Shown here piece by piece: positions 43,017 through 57,496 of a stretch of 64,000 nucleotides of DNA. The translations under genes were made by a program, and so were the position numbers. The stretch is from Psilocybe cubensis (Eukaryota): positions 1 through 64,000 of the forward strand of contig CM038999.1 in assembly GCA_017499595.2 (NCBI GenBank), given 5' to 3'. The notes beneath the pieces are model-generated. The model worked only from the letters and a program-made list of their open reading frames with translations. It searched no databases and had not been told where the DNA came from. Each line of letters begins with the position of its first letter. Positions within the stretch are counted from its first letter, which is position 1.

Positions 43017-45709
43017 AGTTGTATGTGGTGGTTTGGATATGCAAAAAATGGGCAAGGGCAGGAGAAAGTATCAAATCAGAGGCAATGGTAAGATGGACAA
43101 AAAGGACATGATACGTGCCGTTAATTTTCCAGAGCCACTGGTTGTATAAGATGCATCGGACCGTCAAATAGGTTCCCATCAATAATAAGTGACACTTGTG
43201 ATAAAACCAGGTATTGAACATGCAGCCTAAAGGTTGTCATGTTAATCGTGGAAGCTCATTGTTCTCTACCTAAAATTCTCACAAAGATACTAACTAACTG
43301 CCAGTCAACATCCAGATTAACGGTCACTGGTGACCGGAATGCACAATAGGTTGTAGAGGATTAGACGACTAATCTTAGTCTGGAAATTAAATGAGTCGTG
43401 TGGAGACTTGGAGCGACTTTGGGACATCCGCGGGGAGGTTGACACAGTCATCAGATAGCTGAATGACATATCCCAAGGCATCATGAAAAAAGAAACGCCT
43501 CTGAAAACCAAGCTTCTAAGCGTGTGTATTCTAGTTCAGAATACGTACAGCTGTCAATCTATCCAGGGCGGTAGTTGACCCACAAATCATTTCTAGAACA
43601 TGCGGCATGTGATGTAAGTCGACTGTTTTATTTAGATATCGTATATTGTTTACGAGACATCTTTCGTTATATCTATTATAACAGCCCCTCTGTGAGAGGT
43701 AGTTTCAACTTAAACTGCAATACCTAATTGTAAACTACTTGTAATTAAGCGCCCATGCACAAGTAGTTTGAGCTGAAGAAATTCGCTAATTCCTCGACAA
43801 CAGGTCACCGGGAAATACCGCCGCCGTATATCCCATAAATTAGGATTGGCTACACGCTGCTACATGCCTCCTGATCTTCGTCCGTCTCAAATAGGCAGGT
43901 TCAGTCAATCGGCTTCCGTCTAATGGATCCGCTAGTTCTGTCCCTGCGCACAGACCGCAGCCAATTGGAAACTTCTTCATGGTTGAGGGCATGTGCAGGG
44001 TTCCTTCTCCAAATTGACCAATAGTATTGCATTCCGGAGCGCTCCATTCATGCGCTGGCAAAGCATGCGAGCTGGAAAAATGTCCGTTGAGCTGAGATTC
44101 TCCGGACAATAAAAGTATAATGACTTCTTTTTTCACCAGTCCTTTTTGAAGTACCTGTACATCGGGCCTTATCTAAACGCTCTGCAAGCGTACAGCTCGT
44201 GTCACGGATCTTCATCGACACAGAGAAATTGATGTCATGCAAGGTTCTCGTAGAACATGTGCGCAACACCTCAAGGAGTGGCCGTCGTGATATGTCGGAT
44301 TTTTGCGGATTGATGAACGGGTTGGCTACTTATCGATTATCTCTCTAATGTTGCTGTGAAATAATGGCAGTGAGTTTTAGAAATAAATGCACATGTTATA
44401 CAAACCGTTTTTTGTTACCTTCAGATGGGTCATCAACAGCGTACTCAGGCTGTCTTCCAGCTTCTCGGTGGAGCCACCTAACAAGCCTAGGACCAGAAAT
44501 CAGAAGGCTATGTTCTCAAAGGAGTTGTGGGTATGCCTCGACTCCCGATGACGTGGGAAATTACTCACAGTAATTAGCATCGGACCAAATCTCACATTAT
44601 CGAGTCATACGGAAACCCTAACCCAACCTATAGCTATCCTTGACGTGATTGCTGACTCCTTGGTGCGCAGGATAGTGAGCTCCAATGCGTTGCAAGCTCT
44701 TTGGCAGGCCTAGGATGATGAGCGGTCTTTCCCGGGTCGGAGATTAAAATAAATGATTGGCAAGTGGCGATCAGTGATTGTTGATCGTTAACTGCCAGCG
44801 GCGGCTTTCAGTCAATAACCCCCACATGCATATTTTCTAGCTAATATCTTCGCGACCGGTTTTGTAGCACTCTTGCCAATTTTGAACCTCAATTTACTTC
44901 TCTTTAGACATTTGTGCGCAAGCAATTTTCTGGACGGACGGGGTGGATTGGGTAGAGAAGCGGCCTCCGGGACCATGCCTCCTTAGCCTACATCTCATGA
45001 GTGCAGTGTATTTCTTCCTGGAAAGGACCATCGTGTTGTGTCAAAACAACTCAGGTTTTTTGAGGACCCGCATAGAGTTTCTTTGAGTCGGCATCGTATG
45101 TATGTGAAAATTCATATCCGGATTCGAAACCTTTCTACTTGGTTTCCTCTGTTTATTGTTTTTTTGATGCACAACATTGGCATCAATAGTGATACGGGGA
45201 CGGATATGGGAACGACGGAGATTACATGTACAACTTGATAAGACCTGATAAGATCATATAGATTACCCACGGATGTGCACACAACAACGTAACCGCACAG
45301 AGTTTGACGTCGTTATCAGACGTCGAAGATCTTCTCAGGCTTTTTGACAGTGGGACAAATTTGTACTTCTGTGCATGAGGATGGTTCGAGTCAGGGCACC
45401 CTGTAGTAAGTGTATTACAATCTACAATCATGATAGACAGCAATACGACATATGTGATCAAACAAGGTGACCTCGTTGCTTGAAATGAGGTTCACTGGAG
45501 GTCTTCAGTACGGAAATGTGCATTAATTCAGGGCTGTAACATCGGAGCGCAGTTGCTAATGCACCCTCTGATGTCCTATGCTCCGGTTAAAGAAGAGTTC
45601 TGTATGGGAAATTATCATCAAATCTCGGGTCGAATTTACACGTTGTAAGCGTCAGTCCAATTCTCCGGATTAAGAACTAGAGCCTGGGATTTTTCATACA
45701 CACATTAGA

Positions 45710-47600
45710 ATGTCACTGTTCTCTGGCAACAGACTATTCCGCCCCACTTCCACCATTGTCCATCCACTCAACATTCCAATAATGCATTCCCTCAATTTTT
45801 CTGATTTGCAAGACTACATACAACATATTCCGTACAACACCAACCCGGTCGCCTTGTGCGAGCAGTCAAATACAAATGGCGACCCGGCCCCTTTGGAGGC
45901 TGCAAATACCCCTTTGACTGGGTTATCTAGCATTTATCATCAACCCTCCAGGCTCCGTTTAGACCCAGAGGTGCTGGCTAGCATCAAACGGCTTATTGAA
46001 GAGGTGGAAGAAGAAATGGGTGTAAACTATCTCGACTTGGTTAAGACGCCAGAGGCGAGTGGCGCAGACATCTACAATAGCTGGATATCAACCTCACAGA
46101 CTATCCCATTGGTACACTCTACATCACACTCAATACAGCAGTCAACGCCTGAAGAAATTGAGGATTCATACGATCCTCGGAATGGATTTGAGCCACCAGC
46201 CGCCACAGCAGCGATACCTACACAGATCAGTACGTTCCCAGAGCTACTAAACTCGCGGAATACGGCTTCTTTAAGCAGAAGACGTGGTGTTGAAACGTCA
46301 GTCCTAAAACTTAATACTTCATACCCCAATTGAAAACAAATTATGCTTTTAGATCAATATCAATGTCAATGCCGGTAATGGGACAGGCAGGTCCCTCTCG
46401 TTGGCATCAAGAGGAAAGGGCATATGGTGAGCCGATCCAGCCATCGATTGACAGGAACGTGTGGCTCGAACATGATATGAAGGGTTCGTCTTGTGGTGAA
46501 TTGTATTCTCAACATGATTACCCATCGTTTCGTCTGTATACAGGAACATCGTCATATCCCGAGTATACAGAACTCCCGGGCAGTTCTACCCACAATACGC
46601 TACGTGATACCATCGATGTATCTTCCTATCATCGGAATAACGGGACGAGTGAGCTTGTTCCAAATTTATCTAAAAGCCCATTTCCAATCTCATCGTTTGC
46701 AGACCGAAGCCTTGAATTGGATATGGTGCCCTTACAAAATACGCAGAATACAAATGGTGATGAAATGTCAGTCTTACCAACACATTCACAACAAATTTGT
46801 CTGAGTTTGATTTTAGGTCAACTCCACCACCTCCCCACGTATGGGGAAGCGCTGATGCAGCCCAGTATCAGGGTATGTTTTACGACCATGCTCAGCCATG
46901 GTTTCAGCCAGGTGAGGGTTCCAACACCCATCATCCATCAATGTCTTTCTCCTCAGAAAGAGAGAAGAAAGAAACAATCAAAACAGGATCGATCAAGGAT
47001 GGACGCGAAGAACTTCGCTCCAGGCTCACAAATGAGCCTGTAGAGCGTCAAGACATCGACAAAGCCCAAACAAATGATGGAGGGTATGAAGTTTTTTTCT
47101 CCTCTCTTCCGAGTAGACACTGACATTGTTCCTTATGAAATATCAGGTGCGGAGAATGCCCAGCGGAAGGTCATGGCCAGAAAATTGGGAGGTGTGTTCA
47201 ACAGCAATAATTTAGAGACTCAGAACTCACAAGGAAAAATTGTTTTGTTTTTAGGGACGAGATCGCGTCTCGAAAGAGGCGACGCAAGGACTCAGACTCG
47301 GAGATCGAGTCCGCTGGAGGCCCCCGGCAGCCCAGAAAATCCAAGGTGAATGAGTCTCCGGACTCCATTCCAGGAAACATTAGCACAGCGGTACAGGGCT
47401 CTCGGGGGAAGCCCAGAAACCTGAACCCGCGGGCGCCAGCAATGATGAGGTCGTACGCACACGCCTTGACTCCGCTGACGATGCCTGAGGCAAAGGAAGG
47501 GGGGTTCATTGCACTCGTCACTGCAGGGACAAAGGAGGCTAGCAAGGCGTTTGGCCACCACCAAATGCCCGTCGACATGGACAGCATGACAATGGTGTAA
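45710..47600 (+). CDS. Hypothetical multi-exon protein gene (possibly degenerate)
   Basis: Chain of + strand ORFs (207, 237, 108 and 84 aa) with plausible composition; no recognisable domain. Confidence 0.3.
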
Positions 47601-49174
47601 GTGCTTTTTGATTCCACATTGCTCGGATAAGATAGTGACTTACGTGCCGTAATTCCCAAAGAACCGGTTTCCCCGATGCAACCAAAAAGAAAGGATTGAG
47701 AGGTCGTAAAAAGTTGAAGGCCAGTTAATGATGGGATAGCAGAGGAGACCGCTGCGTATGGTAGTCAGTAGGCTGTAGAGGACGTCGTCGACGGCAGTGG
47801 AAATCAATTTTTTTTTAATCTTATCAGTCTTCCTCATCGATAGGCCGGTTTGATTTCACACGGCAAATTTCGGCATCGACGTCCCGTTATACAAACAAAT
47901 TGCCCCTCATGGTTCGACGTGAAGTCTAGAAAATATTTAAGTAACTCTCTGTCCCTGGGTAATTATTATGATGTGGTAGGCACCAGGAATTACTCCTATA
48001 TGCATGTCCGAATTGTGTAGATTAATTAAATAATCATGCAAATGTCGTTCATTATTAAATACGTAGAGATCAATAGAACAAGAACGAGAACAAGAAAAAA
48101 GAAGAAGAAAAAGGACATATACGTAAGACATGGACGGACAGACGGATATACGACGACTCGGGAAAAGAAAATGAAAAATGAGCTACAAGAAAAGGGTTTA
48201 AACGACGTATGTATGGATGTATGTATCGGATGTGTGTGTGTGTGGAATGGATATGAAAAAATAAACGAGTGTATAGCTGACAACCGACGCAGCTTTGGGA
48301 TTGTACGACGGGGAAGGCAGGCGGTCTGAACAACGGCAAAAAAAGAAAAAAAAAATCGAAACAGCCGACGACGCCACAAAAACAAGCCAAAACGACAAGC
48401 AAAGAAAAAAAAAGGTGTAGTGTATCAAACAATCCTCCAACCGCGCCTCTAGAACATCAACAACCCAAACTATCACAGGGAATCATCAAGAAGAAGAACA
48501 CAATAAAAATAAAGATGATCATAGAACACAAAATAGCGAGGGAAAGACGAAAGTTGGAAGGCAAATGGCCTGTGAGCCAGTTTTTGAGTGTCGCCATGCC
48601 AAATCGGGTGGCTCAACGGGACACTTTGGTTGTGGGTGTAATATTGTCGGTAATCGGCGAGTTTTTGAGTGTCGGAATCGGTTATCAGGGATTTTGAGTG
48701 GTTATAATGATATAGTCGGCAGTGGTAGTCGTCGTCGTGGGGTGATAAAAATGACGAACTACTCGGGCTTGATCTTCCAAAACACAGCAGCGGCCGCAAC
48801 GCTGAGCAGCACCACGCCCACCGCAGTTTGGACATTGATATTCGGGTTTCCCGCGCCATCCTTTCCCTTGCCCTTGTTCAGGTGTCGCAACGCCTGTGTA
48901 GCCCAAGCATGCACCCGAGCATCAGGAAGCGCAGCCGCCAAGGAATCAAGATCAACAGTCGACAGCCAGCGCGCGACCGACGATGAAGAGATCCAAACGA
49001 CGCCCGACACAAGCCATGAATAAACAGAGATAGCAAGACCCACAAATACACCCAATACACCCAACACACAAGAAACGAAAACCCAGAAAACGATTAGAAA
49101 CGCGCCGCGCGCATATGTCGATGAAGAAGAAAATGGACTTGCCCTAGCGCATTCTATTCCTCCTCCTTCTAGCC

Positions 49175-50908
49175 GGGCACAGGAAATTTACCTTGCAGGG
49201 GAAGCGAGGGAAGTGCAAGGGAAGTGCAGTGCGGGAAGTGCGGGCAGTGCGACGTGCGCGAGTGGCTGAGGGACGTGCGCGATTGGCTGAGGGACGTGCG
49301 GAAGTGGCTGAGGGACGTGCATGTGCGTGCGTGGGTTCGAACCATGGTTGAGGCAGGTCGGGGTGATGTAGCGTGGGATAAATTGACTTCAAATAAACTC
49401 GTGTCGTCTTTTTTGGTTGTCACTATTCCTCTTTATTGAACGAGGCTTATACCACTAAATAAAGTCATATTGTGATAGATAGTAGTGTAAATAATTGAAT
49501 AGAAGTAAATTTATAAGTTATTTAATGAATGATTGTGTGTTAAGCTAACAATTGAAGCCCGGGCTAGTTTGCAATTGGTGTGCAGCTATCCTTGTATGAA
49601 TAAAATATTAAACCACATACCACGATTTCACTGTCATCCCCTTCTAGATCACCAAAATTGAAGTATTCTGGAAATCCGCCGTATGGATTTCACCCATCTT
49701 GATGTGGTCCCACATTGAGTCCCCACTGGTAGTGTCCTGCGATCACGGCACGCCCCGAAACTTCAAAAACTTCTTCAAAAAGCTGTAGGCAGTCTCTATC
49801 AACATTGATTTTGTTCTTGGAGGTGGGTTGTTCCTAAAATTGAGCTGACCGTGCTTCTTTGATAAGATGGTCATCAGAAAGGTCTGTAAACCTTGGATTT
49901 TGCTTGAGGCGATGAGCAATATAAAAAGTGAACGCATGGGCGAGAGGTGGAAAGGATACCCATTTAATTCGCTTTTTAATGTCGTTGTTGGCAATTTTGC
50001 ATTCAAACTAGTTCAAAATCTGGGTGTGTTCAACAATTTTCAGTTGACCAGTAAATGGACAAAACGGAAGCATGTGGTTTACGAACGTGGATTTGCGGAG
50101 GCATATAAGGCATAACTGATCTCAAACACTAAACATAGCTATGAGTTGCGTCTAACAGGAATAACGTGCCTTTACACTGGAATTTGAGTCGGAAGTGCAG
50201 GGAAGTGCAGGGAAGTGCAGGGAAGTGCAGGGAAGTGCAGGGAAGTGCATGGGAAGTGCGCTGGACGTGCATAGGTATAATTTTCCATTGGGAAGTGCAA
50301 GGGAAGTGCAGGGAAGTGCAGGGAAGTGCAGGGAAGTGCAGGGGAAGTGCAGGGGAAGTGCAAGTGTCACGCTGAAGTTAATGACCATTTATGAATGGAT
50401 AGATCCTTAGAAAAGTTGAGATTGAACAAACTTACGATAAGCGCCCATGGTATGTGGCACATGGCATACCCGTTGGGTCAGCCTTAAGCCTTTATTACCA
50501 CATCAAAAGTTGCATATCTTGAGTGGTTCTATGCGCTTTCACATGAAAATGGTACATGGTACCCATTATAGATTAACCCAGTTATACTTTAGAAAGACTA
50601 TAGTATTAGATATATTGACCGACCGAGTGACAAAATTGGGCTTTTGACGTTGGCGCATAGTCAAAGGTGTATGTCACATGTGACACTCTACCATCGAAAT
50701 AAAAATTGTGTTAATTTTTGTTCATACAACACGTCGCACAGTATTTCAGAGGAAAAAACATACGGTACTACTTTTAGATGCATCAAACACTCTGAAAAAC
50801 TGATGTTTTTGACAATATTTAATAGGTACTACCGCGCACTTCCCCTGCACGTCCCCCGCACTTCCCTCGCTTCCCTCGCTTACCCTGCAAGGTAAATTCT
50901 GTATGCCC
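49175..50908. mobile_element. Non-autonomous Mutator-like DNA transposon (1734 bp)
   Basis: 9-bp TSD CTTCTAGCC (49166-49174 and 50909-50917); imperfect TIRs GGGCA..AATTTACCTTGCAGGG(G/T)AAGCGAGGGAAG; no intact transposase. Confidence 0.85.
50191..50363. repeat. (GGGAAGTGCA)n 10-bp minisatellite inside the transposon
   Basis: Two blocks of tandem decamers; the same motif forms the subterminal repeats at both TIRs. Confidence 0.9.
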
Positions 50909-53727
50909 CTTCTAGCCCATCTCCACTTGATTGCTTGTATTTCCCAGCAACAGAATCTTCGTCAAAGCTACGCGAGAGCACATCCGCGTCCACATCGCTC
51001 GAGTCTGCAAGTGGGTGCGTCCGTGTCTTCCCAGATAGAAGAGACTTGTCTTGATCCCGGTCACCGTCGAGAGACGAAACAGCGCTCTCCGAGAGCTTGA
51101 ACACGACAGATGGTTCCGGCGTAGCAAGCATACGCATAGGGTCGTCTACAAGTCCAACCCCTTTTTGTCCTTCGAGCTTCTGTGCAGGCATTGCTTTCTT
51201 GTCGCCCGATTCACGGTCTTCTTCGTCCTTGCTGCCACTCGCACCGGAGCTGCCTTCCACGGCGGATGTTGAGGTAGCAACAGCGTTAGTGAGCGCCGTA
51301 CGCTCGGCGTACGGGGCTTGCCAACCTTGAGATCCTCCTGTTTTCGCTTCTCTGCCTCTGCCTCATCCTCCGACCCATGTTCATCACTTTGTTCGTGCTC
51401 GTGTTCCTGATCAAGGGACGAAGAGTCAACAATTTCAGACACAGAATGGTCTTTATCCTCAACTCCATGCTGCGCATCACGCGCCTCATGATCAGGTTCG
51501 CCATCGCCATCTTCACCACACTCAGTACGTGCAACGGCCTCCTCCCCCTCCTCCTCAACGCTCTCAAGCTTGTGCGGAATAATCGTCGACACACTACGCG
51601 CATCGTCGTCGTCATCTTCCTCTTCCTCGTTGTCATCTTCATGGCCCTCCCCACCTTTGTCATCGTCATCGCACGTACGATGCCCTTCACCCATTGCCTC
51701 TTTGTGAGACCCTTCCTCCAACCTTACCTCTCTCAAATCACTGGAACCCGCGCCGGATGTCCCTGATGAACTCGCGCCACGCATCACAAGCTCTCGCAAC
51801 ACCACCACCTCACGCCGTAAACCTTCCTGTGCCTCAAGAGCGCCCTCGAGCTGGCGTACGCGGTCGTGGTGGGTAGCAAGGCTGCTCTGCGTCGCGCGGC
51901 GACTTTGTGATGGATGATCGTCTTATTGTCTTCACCGACAATGTCGACACCCAATTCCTAGATAATGTGAGTGTACAAAAAAAGAGGGGTGAGAGGACAT
52001 ACGACGATGTCGTCGCTTTTGAGCTCGAATGGCTCCGATTTGTGTCCTTCGCTGCTGAGCCTCTCCCCATTGATAAACGTCCCATTCGAACTTTTCACAT
52101 CTTTAATATATATCTAAACATTCATCAGAATCCGGCTGGAATGTGATGCATATATGCATATACGCGCATATACTCACCTTTCCACCCTCCTCCCACACTT
52201 CTGCGTGTTGCCGACTCAGCACCTTGCTGTCAAAAAAACCATTTCGCTCGCCCGGCGCTGTTTTGCTGCTCGTCTGCCGTCCGATTTTCGTGTGCATATT
52301 CGTCAGCGCAACACGTTTGGGTGCCCATGTGTTGTTCAAAGGGTACAGGTAGAGAGCCGGGAAGAGCGCGTTGGATGGTGGTAGGCCTGAAGACGACATG
52401 GATGGTGCTGTGGATGTCAATGTCGATGTCGATGTGAGCCCTGGGTGTGTGTTGTGTTGGACAGAGGAAAAGGGTGTCGAAGGCATTTATAATGTTTTTT
52501 GGGTGAGGTGGCGGTGGTGTTGGAGGTGTTGCGGCCACAAAAAAAGACCTACTCAAAGGTTATGCGACGCTCGTATATGCTCTCCTTTGTCCTTATCGTA
52601 CCCGGCGTCAATATCGTCTCGTGGCGATGTAGTGTGTGGTAGACTTACAAGTTTCATATGGCTTCTCAATAAACGTCCCGTAATTATGGGAGACGCCTAT
52701 CGCATATCCTTCGGATTTTTATAGAGTCGAATCTTCTATACGCCACGAGCATACTTGTATACGCCATCGTGTTAACTGTGGATAGCAACGAATAGAGAAA
52801 TAGTAGTAACTTGTCCTGTCATGTCGGTATCGCAGAGGTCACTCTGCATAGAAATCCACTGTTCGACCAGTATGATGACTCTCATAGCGTACATTGCACC
52901 AACGGCCAGAAGAATGGTTTTATGTCTACATATCCATTTTAGTGGTTGAAAAATTGATATAAAAAGTGTTTATACTTTGACATAGAGCGGCTATATCTGC
53001 TGTAAAGAAACATTGTGCCAGCGTAAAACGAAGCCTTGTATATCCCTGAGTGCATTAATGATGTAAATCCGATGGTTTCGGGGAGTATGCTGTTTTACCG
53101 ACTCACCGATTAGAAAATAGTTGAAAATAACAGAGCTAATGTTTACGCCTGCGAATGGTGGATTGAGGTTATAAATTTCCCGTGGATGAGCAAAGGAAAA
53201 GCGAAGGCTTTGGCTAAAGGCCAGATATATATTTCATCGGATATATGATGTCTGTTGTCCTTTCCTCTGACAACGCGACCCCCTTATGACCCTAAAGATT
53301 TAAACGTCGTTAACTTTGAGATTTACAAGCTGATAATATGGGAACGAACATTCTTTGTTGGTTGGTTAATATCAGTGTTGATCTGGTGGAGCACGACTGA
53401 TAAAAGTCAAGTTTGAGCGCAATCAACGCGCCAGTGAGGTGATGAGGCGTGGGAACTTCATCACATGGTGTTCTAGACTTAGCCGAACCTTGCCCGAACT
53501 TTTTTTCTGTCTCTTTTCTCACTCTAGTTCAGGCAAAACACCTATTGACGGTATATTCAACCAGTTATGGCGTCGCAATCGCATTTAAGATGAAGGTATG
53601 ACTTCGTGACTGCCTCATTCAAACATTTTTCCACTGTCTTTTTAGGGTAACCCTCTACATTCTTGATTACAGTTCCTGCACCACGCGAGACGTCATTGAG
53701 AGTCCCGAAGCTTGATTGAAGGAGGTC

Positions 53728-54305
53728 TTGGTGGTCTGTAGTTTCTGGAGAGACTTTCATATACCAGAGAAAGGTGTGCATAGATGTCTCTTCCAATACC
53801 TCCCACTAATCTTCTTTCTCCCCCTCAACCCTCTCCATCCCTCTTCGACACACCGCTTACTCCTTGCGCCCACATATGATCTATCTTACCATCTCACCCT
53901 TCCTCAACCCTGGCACTTTCTGACATACCGCATACCTCCCCGCTCTCGGTCCGACAATCCATCTTTAGTCAAATGTGTAGAACCACAGGTCCAAATGCCC
54001 TCCCCCTGCATTTTGCGGAGACACAGCCTGCTTTAAGCTTTTGGTGGTCTACAGCTTTTGAGGGATCTAAGTGCCTCTCCTATTCCAGAGAAAGGTGTGC
54101 ACACATATCTCTTCCAATCTCTCTCACAAGTCACGAATCTTACTCCACCCTTCCGATCCTTCTCCATCTCCAACCCTCCTCGACCATCGACACCCCTTAC
54201 TCCTCGCACCCCATTATGCCACTCTCACCCCCTACCTCTCTACGACCCTTTGGCTCATTTGATATGCTGGTTACCTCTCTGCTCTCGGTTCGACAATCCA
54301 TTCTT
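53728..54305. repeat. Diverged ~300-bp tandem duplication
   Basis: CCAGAGAAAGGTGTGCA...TCTCTTCCAAT...CTCTCGGT(C/T)CGACAATCCAT occurs twice. Confidence 0.6.
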
Positions 54306-57300
54306 TAACCCTACATTTCGGATACTACACCCCGCATACATCTCGTCTAATCATATTGTGCATCGCTGTAGTCGTCATATGTTTATGAAAGGCGACTAGC
54401 TCCGAATATGGGATGTGTTCGCATTGATAGGGAGATCATTTCGGTTACAAATGGTAAGTACTCCTTTTCTCCTTCATTCTCGCCGTAATGACAAGGAATG
54501 GTTTAGAATAACATACGCCATCCAGTCGTACTGTGCATCTTGCAGACATTGTGTCTGCGCGAGTCGTGTCATATGGGGTTTTGAGGTTCCCCGTATCGTG
54601 TTGGAAACGTCAGTAAGACGAATAAATTGGGATCTTCACCAGCATCGAGTGTCAGGAGTTTGGACGGTATGTACCTCGCGCCTACTGTCTTATGTATCAT
54701 CTCCGCTCTAGCATAGTCATAGTGCGGCAGAACGGCAAGCGGCGCCCTGCAGTGCATACACAGCATACACCCCTTTGTTTCTTAGTGGATCTCTCAATGA
54801 TACGGGTAGACGGTAAGATTCACGATCAGTGCATTGATATTGTTGGCGGTGATAGTGGTTACGACAGGGGTGCAAGCTCTAGTTCGTGTCCATTGCATGC
54901 AGTAAGATAAGATGCCGTCGTTTACATCTGAGTGTGCTTCCTCTGTTTTCTAAACACATATGCAATAGATGTTGTTATTGAGTCTTAGTGGAGGACCTCA
55001 TCTCCCAACAGTTTTAAGAAGCGAATGGCATTGAAGGGGTGTGATGAGGTGGTGTGTTTGCGTTTGCGAGAGTGAGAGTGAGAGTCAGGGTGGTGCTTAA
55101 ATCCACCGTGACCCTTCACTGTCCCAGCCCTATACTGTGCTTTCCAATTGTTAGTGAAGTCATTGCTAATATACATATCTTCGTCCCTCTTCTTACCGTC
55201 CAACCGTCGATGTTGATCAAAAAGACGTGAACACGAAGTGCCAAAAGGCCGTTCGTACCAATATGTCCCATGGTCACTGTGCGTCGTGATTATCTCGGAG
55301 ATATTAGGTCAATGAAAACCAAGGTGTTATCTGATCTCTTATCTTGCTCTGGGACGACGTTGCCTTTATGTTATCCCACCTACATTATGACAGTGTTAAA
55401 AAGTACTCAAACTTGTCAAGATATTCAATGTCTCCCAAGGTATTTGTATACTTTTTAGTTTCATTAGTTACTAACTACATTCTGGTGGCTAGCATCAAAC
55501 CAAGGTACTACCCTAGAGCCTCTTATGGCCCTTGTGTGGGCCTCATTACCTGGAAGGTGACACCCCCCTCCTTCTTTCGGTGACATTCACGCTTGTCTAT
55601 CACCAGACGCCCCTGCGAGAATCCGTCAGCGAGACAGCGCGGTCGCGCTGGCTGCAACTGCGGCCTCACTGCGGCTGTCAGGGTCGCCCCAACTCTGCCT
55701 TCTCCGACTTGGTCCCGAGAAACTTTGGTCTTCGCAGGGTCCTGTGGAGACCCTGTCCTCGGGCGCTTGGCGGTAGAAGCAAATTCGCGCCTGCATCAGA
55801 GACGGAAGCGAGGAAATAGATTGTTAGACATTGAGAGGATTGGGAAAAGGTGCGTTTGTACATACCTATCTTGGTCTGCCCTCGACAGCCTCCGCTTCCT
55901 GGTGTGTCTGGAAGCGTTGGTGACTCGGCTAATTTTTTAAGACACAGTCAGTTCTGCTGACGCTACGTGAAGGGAAGACCCTTACCTGTCGCCATCCTTC
56001 GTCGTTGAGGGATGGCCGACCATCCTGAAAATTGGCAAAACACATCATATCAGTTCCACTCTGAAGATGAGAAAAGAAAACAGGTTATCATACCCTCCAT
56101 CCCGGTGTCCAAGCCTAGCGAGAGACTCGACGGGGTCAGCCCCGGAGTTCTCTTCGCGGTTCAAATCCATCTGCATGGATTCTGTATAACTTTTTTCTTT
56201 TCTCCGGCGCTGGAGTGCGAATAGCTGTCCAACGCTCTCTGCCATTCAAAAGGTGTCGTCGTATACGGTACCTCGGATACTGTAACCTTTGTTTCAGCGA
56301 TCTTCGGCATTAGAAAAATCTGGGAGCATAACTAACCACGAGCTTTCAGAGCCCCCAGACCCCTATCATTGACGTGCATTGGCACACGAGTACTTGGCTC
56401 AGGTGTACTGCACCAGTTTCCTCGATGAGCAATGTCGATGTATTGACATTGCTGTGCAGCTTCTTGGACATCTCCCCATGAAGATGCTTTGGGGGTCAGA
56501 TGATAATTCGCAAGCCTGACCACCAATATCAGTTTGAATTTACATCCGGTTGCAAGTTCGGACGTACTCATTATATTGGCCCCCAGACGTATCCACTCGC
56601 TGATTACCGGCCGGTTGAGATTGGTATCTGAATAACGATGCGTCGACTCGGGAGGTGGATGGGTGGCCTGAAGCCCTGAAGAAATCCCCAGAGATGTCGG
56701 TGGGTTGTAGAAAGGCTGTGCTATTGTCTGGCGCATATGACAAATTCACATCTATAGAGGGGAACGACGCTAGCGACGATCCGGAAAATACTGCTCAGGG
56801 TATATTGTTAGCTTGAAGTTACGAGCGTGGAGTACCTCGGTTCTTACAGTGAACATTCTCAAAAGGTTGAGAAGGATAAGATGGCTGAGACGAGACCCTC
56901 GCAGGTTCCTGGTGAAGTTGAAGATGTGATGAAGACTGGTGTCAGTTGAGCATAGTCTTGCGGAAACGACTGAACAACTGAGTTGTAAAATGGTGTGTGT
57001 GAATTGGGGGCTGATGTGTATCCTTCGTTTGTTCCAGTATGCACATTTGACATCCAATTGAACCTTTCTGCTTAACTTACGGTCAGCATCGAATTTCGAA
57101 TGTAGATTATCCCATATCTTACTACGCATGTTAGCTGGACTTGGAAAAGGAGAGGAAGAGGAAGTTGCGATATGCTCGACAGGCATACCAAAGTTGCTTG
57201 AAAATGAGGGCACGGCGTTTGGATGGCTGCCGACGCTGTCCCAAAGACCATCTGTCAGTGGATAGCCTTCCAGTAATGGTTGGGTATTCTCTAAGGACCG

Positions 57301-57496
57301 ATTGAAGAATCGATAAGAAAATCAACTTTATCAGAGGGGAGTGTACTCACCATCCCATAGCTCAGAGAACAGCAGATCATGGCCCAAGGGATAATCAAGA
57401 AAGCCATAATCGTACGTATTGCTGGAATCCATTTCTGGGTTGGATATACTGGCTTGGGGTAGCGATGTAGATGTGGGAAGGGGGCGGGAATGGTTT

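Larger units (their letters stand above)
48759..52486 (-). pseudogene. FHA-domain, tail-anchored Far9/Far10/Vps64 (SLMAP)-like gene disrupted by a transposon
   Basis: FHA motifs IGRQ...FDSKVLSRQHAEV, then (after an intron) [14 protein letters not shown]; acidic middle region; C-terminal hydrophobic VGVVLLSVAAAAVFWKIKPE*. The coding region is interrupted at 49175-50908. Confidence 0.75.

Noticed and set aside
50152-50410. Repetitive ORFs or a CRISPR-like array
   Set aside because: These are translations of a 10-bp minisatellite with no unique spacers.
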